A stretch of 64,000 nt of DNA from Octopus vulgaris (GCA_951406725.2 OX597818.1:58466001-58530000), one strand, 5' to 3'. Shown: positions 13,044-27,527, counted from the stretch's first letter. Program-made: numbers and translations. Notes: generated from the letters alone by a model not told the origin.

Positions 13044-13780
13044 ATATATATATATTGCATTTTATGCATAGTAATCAGAGTAATCTTAATAAATTTTATC
13101 GAATCAGGTACATATTTTATCTAAGTTAGGCACTGCCTACCTTGCCTACCTAGACGGCACATGTGTATGTGTGTGTCTTTGTGTTTGTCGGCACCCAGTA
13201 CTTGTTAACCAGCGTTGAATTGCTAATGTTCCTGTAACGTAGTTCGGCAAAAGAGGTTGATAGCATAAGTATCAGACGTAAAAATAAGTGCAATACTCTA
13301 TTTATTTGAGTAAATAATTCTAGGTGCAGACAAAGCTTAGCCATTGTCCAAATGACTGCAACAAATATAAAAGATAAAATTTGTTATTGTCTGCGACAGT
13401 CAAATTCTATAGAAAACTAGTAAAACCAAGATTTCCAGAAAAAAGACTTGTGACCGACATTAATTGGTGCGGTTTGTTACAAAAATCAAAAGAAATATCT
13501 TGCAGTTGTTGAAAAGCAGACACGCTGGGAAAATGTTTTTAATGATTAATATGTATTGGCTGGGTGTCAAATTCGGGTACTCGCGTGACAGCAAAACATT
13601 TTACCACAAAACCATTAATGTACACACCTTTGAATATTCTCAGTTATTAAAAGATTTATGAAATAAATTTAACATGGTAAAATTACTATTAAAAAGGAAT
13701 CAAAAGATATGGAAGTGATGTTCGGAAAGATATTTGTAAAATGGTTTTATATGAAATAGAATATGTTGCGTGGGCATGAT

Positions 13781-13925
13781 ACATTATTTACAATTGACGG
13801 ACATTTGTCCTCATCTTGTTTGTTGTTAACACAACGTTTCAGTAGATATACCCTCCAGCCTTCATCAGGTGTCGTGGGGAAATTTTGAATCTAGGTTCTC
13901 CTTCCTTAGGTATTTTTCGTTGTTG

Positions 13926-14003
<78 letters not shown>

Positions 14004-14144
14004 ACTGCGCCATATGCCCGTAGGCATATGTCGTAGTCGTTAAGAACGCAGGCTATTAAGCCCAAGACTCCGAGTTCGATTGCAGGCATTGACCTGAATA
14101 ACAATAATAATAATAACAACAACAACAACAACAACAACAAAAAC

Positions 14145-14198
<54 letters not shown>

Positions 14199-14383
14199 AA
14201 CATCGAAAAAGAATTCATAGGAATGAGAACCGAGGTTCTAAATTTCCCAAGACACCTGATGGAGGCTGGAGGGTATATCAGCCGAAACGTTGTGTTAACA
14301 CACAAGACGAGGACAAATATCCGTCAATTGTAAATCATGTAAATAATGTACATAATTACTTATCTCTTAAATATAGAACTGTA
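13781..14383. mobile_element. Family D fold-back element (clearest copy)
   Basis: Minus HHR unit 13781-13925; palindromic centre catatgcc-cgta-ggcatatg 14011-14030; tRNA-like head to ~14098; (TAA/CAA)n; plus HHR unit 14200-14383; TSD tgggcatgat 13771-13780 / tgggcataat 14384-14393. Confidence 0.9.
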
Positions 14384-14494
14384 TGGGCATAATAGGTTTT
14401 TACTGTAAAACACCTTTGGCCTTTTGTTGCAATTTTGTATTTGGTTTTCAAATTAACATCTCACTCTCTCTCTCTCTCTCTTCCTCTCTCCCTC

Positions 14495-15052
14495 ACACAA
14501 GATCTGAAGACAAAATATCGGGACCGTTGCTATGAAGACGGTGCTAAAGAAAAGCCGCTACGCACAATTTAACTTTGAGCCTTGTTGTGTATGCAAACTA
14601 AACTATAACGTTCTCGCACTTTTTTCCGTCGTTTATAGCAGTGCTTGGAATTAAAAGCTGTAAAACGTGATCGTCTCAAAAAGAGACGGTTGGTGTTCAG
14701 CAGCGAACGGTCTCCTTTATCGGGTTGAGATAGACGAAAACGATTTGAAAAGGGTAATAATAGGTGAAGAATCGCAGTTTTATAGTTAAAATTCCAATTC
14801 CAAGACAGAAATGAAATCCAATTTGTAAAGAACTAGGTTTCATGATCTCGAGTAAATCCAGAAGCGACGAGACGGCTGCTCACTGTCCTCGAAATGCTGT
14901 TACAGGAATTCTTCTATCAATAGAAACGGCGTTGGGTTAGGCGTGGGACTTCAGCGGGGACTAATTCGAAAGGGATTATATACGGAATTGGTATGTGTTT
15001 TAGTATTGTTTTCATAGCACAAGTCCCGTTACCTTTTGATCAGATATCGTAT
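14495..15052 (+). mobile_element. Degenerate, internally deleted mariner element
   Basis: DLKRVIIGEESQFY at ~14742-14783 (cf. FLKRIITGDETWVY); TIR-like ends agatctgaagacaaaatatcggga and tcccgttaccttttgatcagatatcgta. Confidence 0.55.
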
Positions 15053-16034
15053 TATGATTTCACTTAAGCATACTAACAGTTGTTAGAACTGAATATAGTT
15101 ATGGCTGAAAGGAGAACGTTATATCAATTAATGAATAACAAATTAATTAGGCACGTTAGGGAATCCTCTTCTTTCTCTTACATCTGTTTCCGCTATAGGC
15201 TATTGTGCGGTCAGAGGTGGATGCATATTCAACAACATACTGCTTGTTCGAAGCCATTAAAATACAGAACTTAGGTAAATCTTGTTCTCTTGTCATTCAA
15301 TCATTCAACTATGGAACTAGTTGAATAATATCCTTCAGACCGCAATTTACTCGTCGCAGCATCTTTCAGAGTTTGTTGCTAATTCAGTTCTTAATCAAAC
15401 TGAAATTTGTTAACATTCTTGAATAGGACTTGTCACTAGCCACAATTTCTCATAAAAAATTGAGATTCGATCCAGTTGCATCAAAATTTGTAATAACACC
15501 ACCAATTACATTTAGATGGAAAAGAAACACATTTAAAAATTTTAAAAAGTAATATGTATATATTTTTAGCTTCAATGATAGAAGAAAGTATAAATAATTT
15601 CATAGTCTTGTTCCCATGCCAAAAAGAATTCTAGCAAAAATGTGAGGTAAAATATCCTGAAAAATAACATAACACAAAAATTTGGATTTATGAATAATTA
15701 ACTTATTTATTTTAAAAAAAATCTACATTTTAATTAAACTTAAATGATAGAACTGAATTCGAGGGGTTTCTTCGTATCAGTCTCATGCAATGTAGTTTTA
15801 AAATAAGTGTTTGTTTCTCAAATTTGTGCGTGATAATGTAGTTCTATACTTTGTTATGAATATAGTTCTATAAGAGGACTTTTAATATGTGTCACTGGCG
15901 TTATTGAGGTAAGGAAAATTATCAACGATAGCGCTGATTGACACACTTGTCACATTGCCGATTAGCATAATAGAATAGCCTGGAAAAAACATGCATTACA
16001 TGGGAAAATGTTAGCAAGGGAAATGGTATCCTAA

Positions 16035-16800
16035 AGATAATAAAAAGAAAATTTGAGGACAAGTTATTACACTTGGAAAAGTTCAGGACACGTTATTATA
16101 TCTGGTAAAGTGAAGAACAGGAAAATTTTTATTTAAATATTGCAGCTAAGGTTAAAATTTGGATATAAAAAATTATTTGACTATAATTTAAGAAGTTACA
16201 TTATAATTTTAAAAAGGTACCATCAATTTGTTCAAATATTGACACACTAGAATACTTTAAAAAGGAGGGTCAGAAGTTCTAATATAGCTAAAGATTTATG
16301 CAAAGTAGAATAGTAATTATGGTAGGAAAATTCCTTATGGACAAGATAGGTGTTGTGTCAAAACTAAAAATATGAAGACGTGGCATTACCTCAAGCAAAT
16401 TTTACTATGAATTTGTTGTTATAGGTAGATTTTACTGTAATACATATGTGATTTTTGTATTATTCTCTTTATTTTACTAATTAATTATATACTACTATTA
16501 TTTTATAACCTATTTTCACATTTCTGATTAATAATTGATAGTTAAAAAGATGACGTTTTAAATGTGCAATTACATTTTTAGTTATTTTTCATTTTAATAG
16601 AAGTAACAAATGATGACAAACTAAAATAATAACTTGTAATATAATGTTTAGTTTTAATAAAATCTAATAATAATATTTTATCATTATCTGCAATAATTTA
16701 AGTAACAATTTTCTCATTCAGTACTTTACCAGATATAATAAATTCTCCTGAACTTTTCCATTTGTAATAACTCGTCCTGTAATTTTCCAGGTTTATAATC
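16035..16800. mobile_element. MITE-like element with ~90-bp imperfect inverted repeats
   Basis: aggacaagttattac...ggaaaagttcagga...ttattatatctggtaaagt (~16057-16111) versus reverse complement at ~16722-16779. Confidence 0.65.
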
Positions 16801-16903
16801 TTAAGAATATTATTTCTCATGGTCGCATTTTTCCATGTAATTATATATATCCACATTTATGGACATGCATTCATAGCTACATCTTTCTTTCTTACCCTCT
16901 CTC

Positions 16904-16961
<58 letters not shown>

Positions 16962-16976
16962 GTGTGTATAAACGAT

Positions 16977-17009
<33 letters not shown>

Positions 17010-17970
17010 AATATGTGTGTATAAACGATATATATATATATATATATAAATATGTGTGTATAAACGATATATATATATATATATACAAATATATATATAT
17101 ATGCATACATATTAATAGAGCGATGAGCAGACACACACACACTCTCTCTCTCTTTAAAACACACACACACACATATACACTTTGTCCTCACACGCTTCAA
17201 CCAGTAGAATATCGAGGGCATGTTGGCCAAATGGATAGAAGGCAGCACTACCAATCGGCTGATTTTCGTTTTGATCTGAGGAGACTGGAAAAATTCGAAA
17301 CGATGCGCTTTCCTCGCTGTGATATCGCACTGTCTGGCGAAGATATCGAATCAACCTTCTTGCGCGCTAGAATTTGACACCCTAAATACACGTTGATATG
17401 GGTGTATTGATGCCTTAATAATGATGAAATTTATATACAAGGTCAACATAACCGAAGCACAGTGTCATTTTGCCAATGTCAAAATTTATTTGGCAATGTC
17501 AAAATTAATTTCCCGGGAAGAAAATTATTTATGGTTATAGCTTTGTTTAATATTTTCTTAACACGTCAAAGAAATATTCTTTCGAGTAAATCACAATACT
17601 AAGTTATGTGTAACACGAAATGTTCGTATTCTATTTCCAACAGAATTCATTTTTTTAGGGAACGTTCATACGATTTCATATATTTATTTTAATTAATCAC
17701 GAATAATATGATGAAAACGTGACGCATTTCTAAAAGACCACTTAATAAATTTAGTTAAGTGCTTTTCCAATCGTCTTCTGTGTCATAGGATTGAATATAT
17801 CACCTCCTCGGCCTCCGTTTTCCTTCGCGTAGATAAATAGGAAATAGAATAAAAATCTGAGGGAGAACAGCGAATTTGAATTAACAGAATCTTTGCATAG
17901 AAACTCAAAAAAATCAATTGAAAAGGCGTGAACTGGAAGTGAAGTAATACATTTACACATGGATGGATGG

Positions 17971-18210
17971 AAGCACTCCGTCGGTAACGACGATGAGGGT
18001 TCCGGTTGATCCGAATCAACGGAACAGCCTGCTCGTGAAATTAACGTGTAAGTGGCTGAGCACTCCACAGACACGTGCACCCTTAACGTAGTTCTCGAGG
18101 AGATTCAGCGTGACACAGAGAGTGACAAAGCTGGCCCCTTTGAAATACAGGTACAACAGAAACAGGAAGTAAGAGTGAGAGAAAGTTGTGGTGAAAGAGT
18201 ACAGCAGGGA

Positions 18211-18213
<3 letters not shown>
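17971..18213 (-). mobile_element. SINE family A, 5'-truncated
   Basis: Near-identical to the body of 21249-21638. Confidence 0.85.
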
Positions 18214-18307
<94 letters not shown>

Positions 18308-18356
18308 TTGTGTGTTTGTGTGTGTGTACGTGTATGTGCTTGTATATACATGAGTG

Positions 18357-18630
18357 AAGGCGCATGACTTAGTGGTTAGAGCGTCGAGCTTACGATCGTG
18401 AGGTTGGGAGTTCGAATCGCGGACCGGGCTGCACGTTGTGTTCTTGAGCAAGACACTTTATTTGACGTTGATCCAGTTCACTTTGCTGTAGAAATGAGTT
18501 GCGACGTCACAGGTTCCAAGCTGTATCGGCGACAGCTGCTCTTTCATAAACAAATTTGCCCGGACTTGTGTCTGGAACGATAGCTTTCTAGGTGCAATTC
18601 CATGCCCAGTTATGACCGAAGGGGTTCTCA

Positions 18631-18632
<2 letters not shown>
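18357..18632 (+). mobile_element. tRNA-derived SINE family E
   Basis: A box TGACTTAGTGG, B box GTTCGAATC, then ttgtgttcttgagcaagacacttta; related partial head at ~1588-1680. Confidence 0.7.
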
Positions 18633-18710
<78 letters not shown>

Positions 18711-18720
18711 TTATATATAT

Positions 18721-18935
18721 GCAGCACGGATGCAGCACGGATTTTTGTCAGTGAACAGGTCGCGGTCTTATAGCGACGAAAATATTTTGACAAATTAAAC
18801 TTAAAAGTTGAAGTGAATCGAACGGCTTTTGCGTGTTTCTTAAATGGCTTACAAACACCTTCCACGCTGCAATTGTTTACGTTCCAGCACACGAACTAAG
18901 ATCAAATCACTTGCTATGCAAGTACATCTCCGTAA
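18721..18935 (+). mobile_element. (TA)n-flanked non-coding element carrying variant HHR
   Basis: (TA)n both sides; HHR fold at 18744-18794. Confidence 0.65.
18744..18794 (+). ncRNA. Type-I hammerhead motif with G3-C8 core (GUGAACA)
   Basis: Stem I tttgtca/tgacaaa (7 bp); GTGAACA 18751-18757; extra G; stem II GTCGC/GCGAC; GAAA 18778-18781; palindrome ATAT; TT cleavage site. Confidence 0.75.
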
Positions 18936-19564
18936 TATATATATATGTATTTATACATATGTGGTTATGGTATATTCTGTTAAGAACGTAGTAGAGTACA
19001 GTATAAATCTCGTCCACCTTCAGATTTCATTATTCAGTAGTAGTATTATACGTACCTCCAGGTTTGCCTTTGGTCATCTATCGTGTGTGATTAGATGACT
19101 GAATACATTTGGAGTCAATAAGAAGTACGATTTCACGTTTATTTATTAGTGGGGGGAACAGAGTCCTTCCGTGCATATGGTTGTTCTAGACTATGTAGAC
19201 TGACTATATGGCTTGCCTCGGCATAGTGCCAGATGCGTGGGTATAGAGGTTAGATATATGGAGCCATTTTCGTAATCTACAGCATGCTGATAGAAAGCCT
19301 TGTTAAGTTTCGTTTTAAGTAGCTATTCGATTGTTACCATAACCTTTAGCTTATAAATGTTTTACTATGAAAAGTTCAGTAAGGTATTTGTATGTACACT
19401 CCTGACTCTTTTTTCTGTTTCAATGTTTTTCTAACTTCGCAGCTGACATGTAAGTTTGTAGCATATATCACTCAGATGTTATTGTGTAATTGAGCAGATC
19501 TACTGAAAGTGCTTGCTAGTTCCCTATACAGTTTCGCTTCTGCAAATAAAAGAATATGAACCTT

Positions 19565-19822
19565 CTTATTTACATTTGACGTATATTTTCCCCCGCCTTT
19601 TCGGTTGATATACCCTCCAGCACTCATCGGGTGTCTTGGAGAATTTTCGAACCTGGATTCTCAATCATAAGATATTTTTCGATGATGTTATTATTATTGA
19701 TATTATTATTATTATTATCATTGTCATTTACTTTTAATCTGCATGTTTGATGCAATCACCTGCCGGGGCACACCCAGCGCCCTAGGGCAAGTGAAGGTTA
19801 AGAGTTGTTGAAATATAGCTGA

Positions 19823-19887
<65 letters not shown>

Positions 19888-20010
19888 TTATATATATATT
19901 TTTTCCGTCTTTCTTCAAATTTTCTTCCGTTTCTCGCCGAGTGTTTTCCGTACACCTAGGACAGAGGAACTTATTGTATGCTTTCCCAGATTACACACGC
20001 AATTTCACAG

Positions 20011-20056
<46 letters not shown>

Positions 20057-20358
20057 CATTATTATTATTATTATTAATATTACTATTATTGCTGTTGTTG
20101 TTGTTGTTGTTAAGGTCACTGTTTGGAATCGAACTCGGTATCTTGGGGGTCAGTAGCCAGCGCTCTTAACCACTACGCCATATGCACAGGTTCGAAATTT
20201 CCCCAAGACTCCTGATAGGGGACGGAGGGTATATTAGCCGACACGTTGTGTTAACGACAGACAAAATGAGGAAAAATAACTGTCAAATAAAAATAATGTA
20301 AATAATGTAAATAATGTAAATAATGTACATACTTCCTCATCTCTTAAATATAGAACTG
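19565..20358. mobile_element. Family D fold-back element with nested inserts in its (TTA)n tracts
   Basis: Minus HHR unit 19565-19690; minus tRNA-like head 20112-20185; plus HHR unit 20187-20358; TSD tatgaacctt 19555-19564 / tatgaaactt 20359-20368. Confidence 0.8.
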
Positions 20359-21248
20359 TATGAAACTTATAGTTATCATACCGTATTTTTACATTGGTTA
20401 CAGTAATAACACACACACACGCAGGTACACAAGCACATGCGCAAGCACTCACATTCAGGTGCGCACATTCGCAGCATTTTTCTCCCATAAACACTGATGT
20501 CTGACAGGTCAATAGGTGACAAGGGGTCTAGCTCCTTTTGTATTTGTGTTTGTATGCATCAGCTTACTTATTTATTACTATGTTTCTATGGGTCTCTATG
20601 CGGTGATTAAGATTTTGATATTTTTTTTTTTCTGCGGTGAAAAAGTATCTATTGCTAATATTAACCAGTCACACTAATACAGACAGAAAAAAAAAACAAA
20701 AAATAAAACTTGTTAATAGCCTCTTTCTTTTTTGTTATGTATATAATTTTTCTGCTTTCAGTTACCACGCATCTTTTCCTTTGGGTATACATTATTGAAA
20801 AGATGTGCTCACATTCATACATTAATTATCATCGTTCATATTACCAAGAATGTTTCCTGTGTATGAAGAATAAATATTTCTGTATATATATATATATAAT
20901 AAATCTATTTAGTATTTGCCTACGAATATAATCCGTTCAGTCAGAACACTTTTTTTTATATTTTCTCAGTTGCAGTTTTTCCTATTGTGAGGCTGAAGGT
21001 CAAAATTATTGGCAAAAATCTAAATAACATATTTCTCTTTGCTTTTTATTTATTTCATAGTAGTCTATTATTCAGTTGAAGAAGGAAGATGTGGAGTTCT
21101 TCTAGTGGCAAACGTCGTTGTAGCAATATATATCGCCTGACATACAATAATATGTAATGAGTCTCCCGAACGAACACACACACGCAGAAAATTATACAGT
21201 ACGTTGTGAATCTCTATTTTATCGTCTATATTGAGTACATATTCCATG

Positions 21249-21638
21249 GGAAGGAAGCACTCCGTCGGTTACGACGATGAGGGTTCCGGTTGATCCGAAT
21301 CAACGGAACAGCCTGCTCGTGAAATTAACCTGCAAGTGGCTGAGCACTCCACAGACACGTGCACCCTTAACGTAGTTCTCGGGGATATTCAGCGTGACAC
21401 AGAGAGTGACAAGGCCGGCCCTTTGAAATACAGGTACAACAGAAACAGGAAGTAAGAGTGAGAGATAGTTGTGGTGAAAGAGTACAGCAGGGATCACCAC
21501 CATCCCCTGCCGGAGCCTCGTGGAGCTTTAGGTGTTTTCGCTCAATAAACACTCACAACGCCCGGTCTGGGAATCGAAACCGCGATCCTATGACCGCGAG
21601 TCCACTGCCCTAACCACTGGGCCATTGCGCCTCCACAC
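21249..21638 (-). mobile_element. Full-length tRNA(Arg-like)-derived SINE family A
   Basis: Minus head TGGCCCAGTGGTTAGG...gacTCGcgg...GGTTTCGATTCC; 12-bp TSD acatattccatg at 21237-21248 and 21639-21650. Confidence 0.9.
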
Positions 21639-22648
21639 ACATATTCCATGAAACCATTCACGTAACGTGTAATAAGAACCAGGATCGTATAATAATTAAC
21701 TACGGAATATTTACGGTTTATATGCTAATGTATTTGTGTTGTATTAGAAATAAATGATAAGGTAATGCAAGAATACGGAAATTAGTATTCAAATTGTAAT
21801 GTATAATGAACTTTATGAGAATACCAAATTAATCGCTATAGATCTATATATGTGTATGAGTAAGACAATGGGTGTGTGTACGTGTGTGTGCAGAAGATAT
21901 ATTTGATATCCGTTGTGCTTTGAATCAAATCTCCATTTCCTCGCTGTCCAGCTGAGTAAATTTAATATAATTGATTTCCCTGCCTGTAATAACAAGTTAG
22001 TGGATTGCTCAAGGATATGTTCTGCTATTTGCCCTCAATAAAATGCGTCAGAATGAGTTCATATGGTAGTGCCCCAAATTGTCATTAAGTGTTATAATTG
22101 ATTCAAACTTATACAATGTTAAAATATTATATGTCATGTAACACAAATTCGTCACATGAATAATCTTTGGTTTCCGAAGATACTAGAAGACCAGTAATTA
22201 AATCAAATTTTCAAATCAGGAAGCGAATTGAATGAACATTCATGTTCACTGCAAATGATGAGAACACAGAGTTCATCTTTCTCATTTATTCTGCCACAAA
22301 CCATAAATTTTTGCCTTGAAAACTTTGCCTCCAAGGAAGTAGGTAACACAATAAATTCTTGCTCTTAATATATTATCTTTCACAGAATACAGGAATTAGA
22401 CAATCATTATCTATTCATTTTTTTTTATCAGCTGCCTTCTCTCTGTCACTTCATGCAATTACCTCTATATACTACATTCGCTTTAATCGCTGCTTCAGCG
22501 GATGTGATTCTTCTAGTTAAAAGTTACGTATCGCTCATGTCGAATACCATTTCTTTCATCGATGTCAAAAGAATTCTATTTCCGAAATATAGCGTTCAGA
22601 ATGCTAACTCTCAAATTTTCTAATTTTATTCTATTTTACATCTTCTAA

Positions 22649-23039
22649 TCTATATATATATAAAGCTGAAGTTGTCTGTGTATGGCAGGTTTGGTAGCCT
22701 TCAACTAGCACTATCTCCTCCGAGACCCTGCGACGCAAGTTTACCAAAATTGAGAGTATGATAGAAGAAGGCTTGCTCTTCATTTCTTCGAAGAGAAAAT
22801 TCAAATCGATCATGTTAACACCATAAAATATTTACATCAAAAAGGTGCTTTTTTCCTATGAAAATCCGTATTTTTTACGATTTTTTGACTGCTGTGTCGC
22901 CATTTTTCAGTGTATTTCAACCAGAAAAATGTTCACTTAAAGAGAATAGCAAGATACATAATGCACAATTTTTACTTTTCAAAAATTCTAATTCTAAAGG
23001 GTCGAAACAAACCCGAGCAACACCGAGCGATACTGCTAG
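22649..23039 (+). mobile_element. Non-autonomous Helitron
   Basis: A|TC start, subterminal GC-rich hairpin-like cccgagcaacaccgag, CTAG|T end, no TSD. Confidence 0.8.
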
Positions 23040-23565
23040 TATCGTTTCAATAATGACGTTGATGTTTTTCAGCGAGCATATATTTGTATTACCGCGTAAA
23101 ATTTGAAGAAGACGCTGACTGGTTAATACAAAAACGCAACACATAGCACACGAGTAAGAATAAGAGTTCCAGATCCGTAAGAAAAGTCGACTTATTTTAG
23201 TATTTCAATATGGTTTTCATGGGAATACATGGCAGCTTTTTCTTTCTTATCGTATTCTGCACACACTCAAACACACTAACGCACACACACACACACGCAC
23301 CCAAATGCATATATTCATAAGTACATATATGTGTGTGTGCGTGTATGTGTGCATGCGCGTGTGTGTAAGTATGTATGTGTGCGTGTGTGGTTCAGTTGTA
23401 CGTGTGGGTGAAACTTCATTGACATTTCAAGATCTCTAAGCTATTTTCCGGAAACTCCCATACACATACATGTATAAAATGATGCACACATACATATATC
23501 AATTTGTACGGATATTCATAAGCATATCTCGGACAGCGGCTGTATTTATTAAATGTTGTATATCC

Positions 23566-23644
<79 letters not shown>

Positions 23645-23702
23645 GCTCTCTCTGCCTGTCTATCTATGTATTGTTTTAAGGAAAATTTATAAGGTTTTTT
23701 TT

Positions 23703-24182
23703 TTCAAATTTAAAAATGCACGCAAAGTATTTTCAGATGATCAAAATGAAACGTCAAGTGGACAAAACTGAAAATATTCGACGCCATTTGCTATTTGCAT
23801 TTAATCGAACTATGAAGGCCACCGACGCTGTTCGTGTTCTTTCTACTGTGTATGGAGAAGGAGAAATGTCTCAACGTACCGTCTGCCGTTGGTTTCCGCG
23901 CTTCAAAGTGGGAATTTTGACCTGAAGGCTGGATCACACGCCAGTCGACTAACTGAGTTCGATGAAGAGTGATTGAATCAAATTCTTCATGAAAATCCAC
24001 GACAAACGACCAGAGAATTGGCGGAGCAGATGGTTTGTGATAAAAAAGAAAATGTGGTGAACTACTTTCACTGAATGGAGAAAATTCATCGAATTCAACT
24101 GGTAGAGCAAACATTTCTTTTTCAAATAATGTAAAACATTTTGCCAATGAGTTCTATTTCTGTGTGCATTTTTAAATTTGAA
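23703..24182 (+). mobile_element. Mariner remnant (transposase N-terminal HTH pseudogene)
   Basis: IRRHLLFAFNR...ATDAVRVLSTVYGEGEMSQRTVCRWFPRFK, then HENPRQTTRELAE in a shifted frame; inverted repeats ttcaaatttaaaaatgcac / gtgcatttttaaatttgaa. Confidence 0.85.
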
Positions 24183-24217
24183 CAAAACGCTTACGTATGA
24201 ATCCTCGAACCCCAAAC

Positions 24218-24367
<150 letters not shown>

Positions 24368-24440
24368 ATGACTGTCTATCTATCTATCTATATTTCTCTA
24401 TTTCTCTATCTATCTATCTTTCTCTATCTATCTATATTTC

Positions 24441-24483
<43 letters not shown>

Positions 24484-24503
24484 CTATTTATCTATTTCTA
24501 AAA

Positions 24504-24541
<38 letters not shown>

Positions 24542-25058
24542 ATATCTATGTGCATTTTTGTGTGTTTGTATATGTGCTCCTTTGTCTATCTTTTTCAATC
24601 CATTCAAGTTTAGAGTGCATACGTATTCTCGTACGATAAAAAAAATATATTCAAGAAAAGAATTAATGTATGTCTTTTTCATCCTCGTTTGAGGTCTTTC
24701 TATATAAAACTTGCATCATCTGTGCCAGCAAAAACCCTGCCAAGACACTATAAATCAGTTAATTAAAGCCAAGACAATCATTAAGGCTAAGAATAGTGCA
24801 GAAATATATTCGTCCACAAAACAACTTTGATAGCGATGTAATGACCTTGTCTCAATGTATTTGGTTTCTGCAATTCTAGTGAAGTAGTATTTTTTTAATA
24901 TTTTACAACAGAATCAATGAGGACAATGGTTATAACAGTTAGCAGAAAAATATCGAGGGTTATAATAACAATAGTAATAATTATATCGATGATGATAACG
25001 ATGACGGTGATAACGACGGCGATGACAATGATGATGATGATGATGGTCATAATAATTA

Positions 25059-25120
<62 letters not shown>

Positions 25121-25123
25121 GTA

Positions 25124-25505
25124 ATGATAAAATGCTTTCTAAATGATATATCAATACCAGCAGATGGCAAAGTTTCTCTAAAAGAAATGGAGAAACTTTT
25201 AAAATGCAAAGACCTGGAAATAGAGGTAACTCGAATGTGGAATCTAAAAACAGAAGCAATTCCTATCATAGTAGGTGCATTAGGCATGATAAAAAAATAT
25301 TCAGACAAATACATAACAAAAACACCAGGACTTACAATTATATATAACATACAGAAAATTGCACTACTAGGCACTGCACACATCCTACGCAGAACACTTT
25401 CAATACAGTAACCATCAGGGCATCACAGCAAACCACAGCACATATCCAAGGCACACAGAGCTGCGCTCGGTAGTGAAGTGAAAGTACGCTATAAAAATAT
25501 AACTA

Positions 25506-25510
<5 letters not shown>
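25124..25510 (+). mobile_element. 5'-truncated R4/Dong-type non-LTR retrotransposon (restriction-like endonuclease C-terminus + 3' UTR) in (TAA)n
   Basis: DISIPADGKVSLKEMEKLLKCKDLEIEVTRMW...IPIIVGALG...IQKIALLGTAHILRRTL, stop at 25409-25411; (TAA)n on both sides. Confidence 0.85.
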
Positions 25511-26159
<649 letters not shown>

Positions 26160-26681
26160 TTTAATAATGATAAAAATAATTTTAATAATTTTAATAATAA
26201 TATGAATAGAATCAACCAATGTAAAGAAGCATACGAATATTTGTAACACGAGTAACGCAAATAAGGGCGATATTTTGCTCCTTTTTTATGGTACACAATC
26301 ACAACTAAGAAACTCATACGTTTTTGAAAATGCACAGGCCAAGATTAACGCTTTCAGGACCTATCAATGTACATTGAGGGCGGTGTTATTATCGGTTCCG
26401 TCAATTAATATTTTCTGGAGAGAAAACGCTGTCACTTCAGAAAAAAATGCAGAATGTTGTTATAAATGTAAATATTCGTTAAAACTACCACACCAATGTA
26501 CACATATATGCGTTCATTTCTTTCTTGCGAGGTTTCTCAACAGGTAAAATGTGACACCTCTACAACATTATACAAGCTCGTTCTCTTTCTTAGGTAATTC
26601 GAAAATATTATTAGAACCATATTCAATCATATGGAAGGAAACCGTCGCCAGGCATATCTCACGGAACAGGCCGATTCATCG

Positions 26682-26809
<128 letters not shown>

Positions 26810-26822
26810 TATATATATATAA

Positions 26823-26874
<52 letters not shown>

Positions 26875-27333
26875 GTACATACATATACATATACATATAT
26901 ACATGCGTACACAAACAGGCAAAGACACATGGAGACACGGGCACAAACACGCACACGACGGCACATAATATTTATCTCTGCTTCCGCCAAACTATTATGG
27001 CTCTCGTGGAATACATGAAGCGAATATACTCTCAGAGACTGAAACAGAGAATCGAAGACCAAATTTTTTGCTAGGTAAAATTAGTTATGGCAGCCTACAC
27101 ATCTTTATTTTCTTAAATTCTTTTGATTTTGTAAAAAATAAAAAATAAAAAAAACAGGAAAAACGAATCGTTTTTCAATCGCATTCTCTTATTATTTTTT
27201 CTATCATCAAAATAACCCCTCTGTGCCCATCTATTCATCCATCCATCCATACACATATGCATGCATACAGACATACAGAGAGATAGATAGATATGCATAT
27301 AAATATATATATGCATCCACACATACATATTCG

Positions 27334-27371
<38 letters not shown>

Positions 27372-27447
27372 AATATATATATATATGTATATATACATAC
27401 ATATATACATATGTATATATATATATATATATAATTTTACACACACA

Positions 27448-27527
<80 letters not shown>

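Noticed and set aside
14025-14098. Bona fide tRNA genes (also 745-812, 18357-18430, 21560-21636)
   Set aside because: A/B boxes are present but the acceptor stems are imperfect and each continues into a repeat body; these are SINE heads.
17270-17315. CTGAGGA...GAAACG hammerhead-like match and ORF 17015-17377
   Set aside because: No UH site in register and no stem I; the peptide has no recognisable motif.
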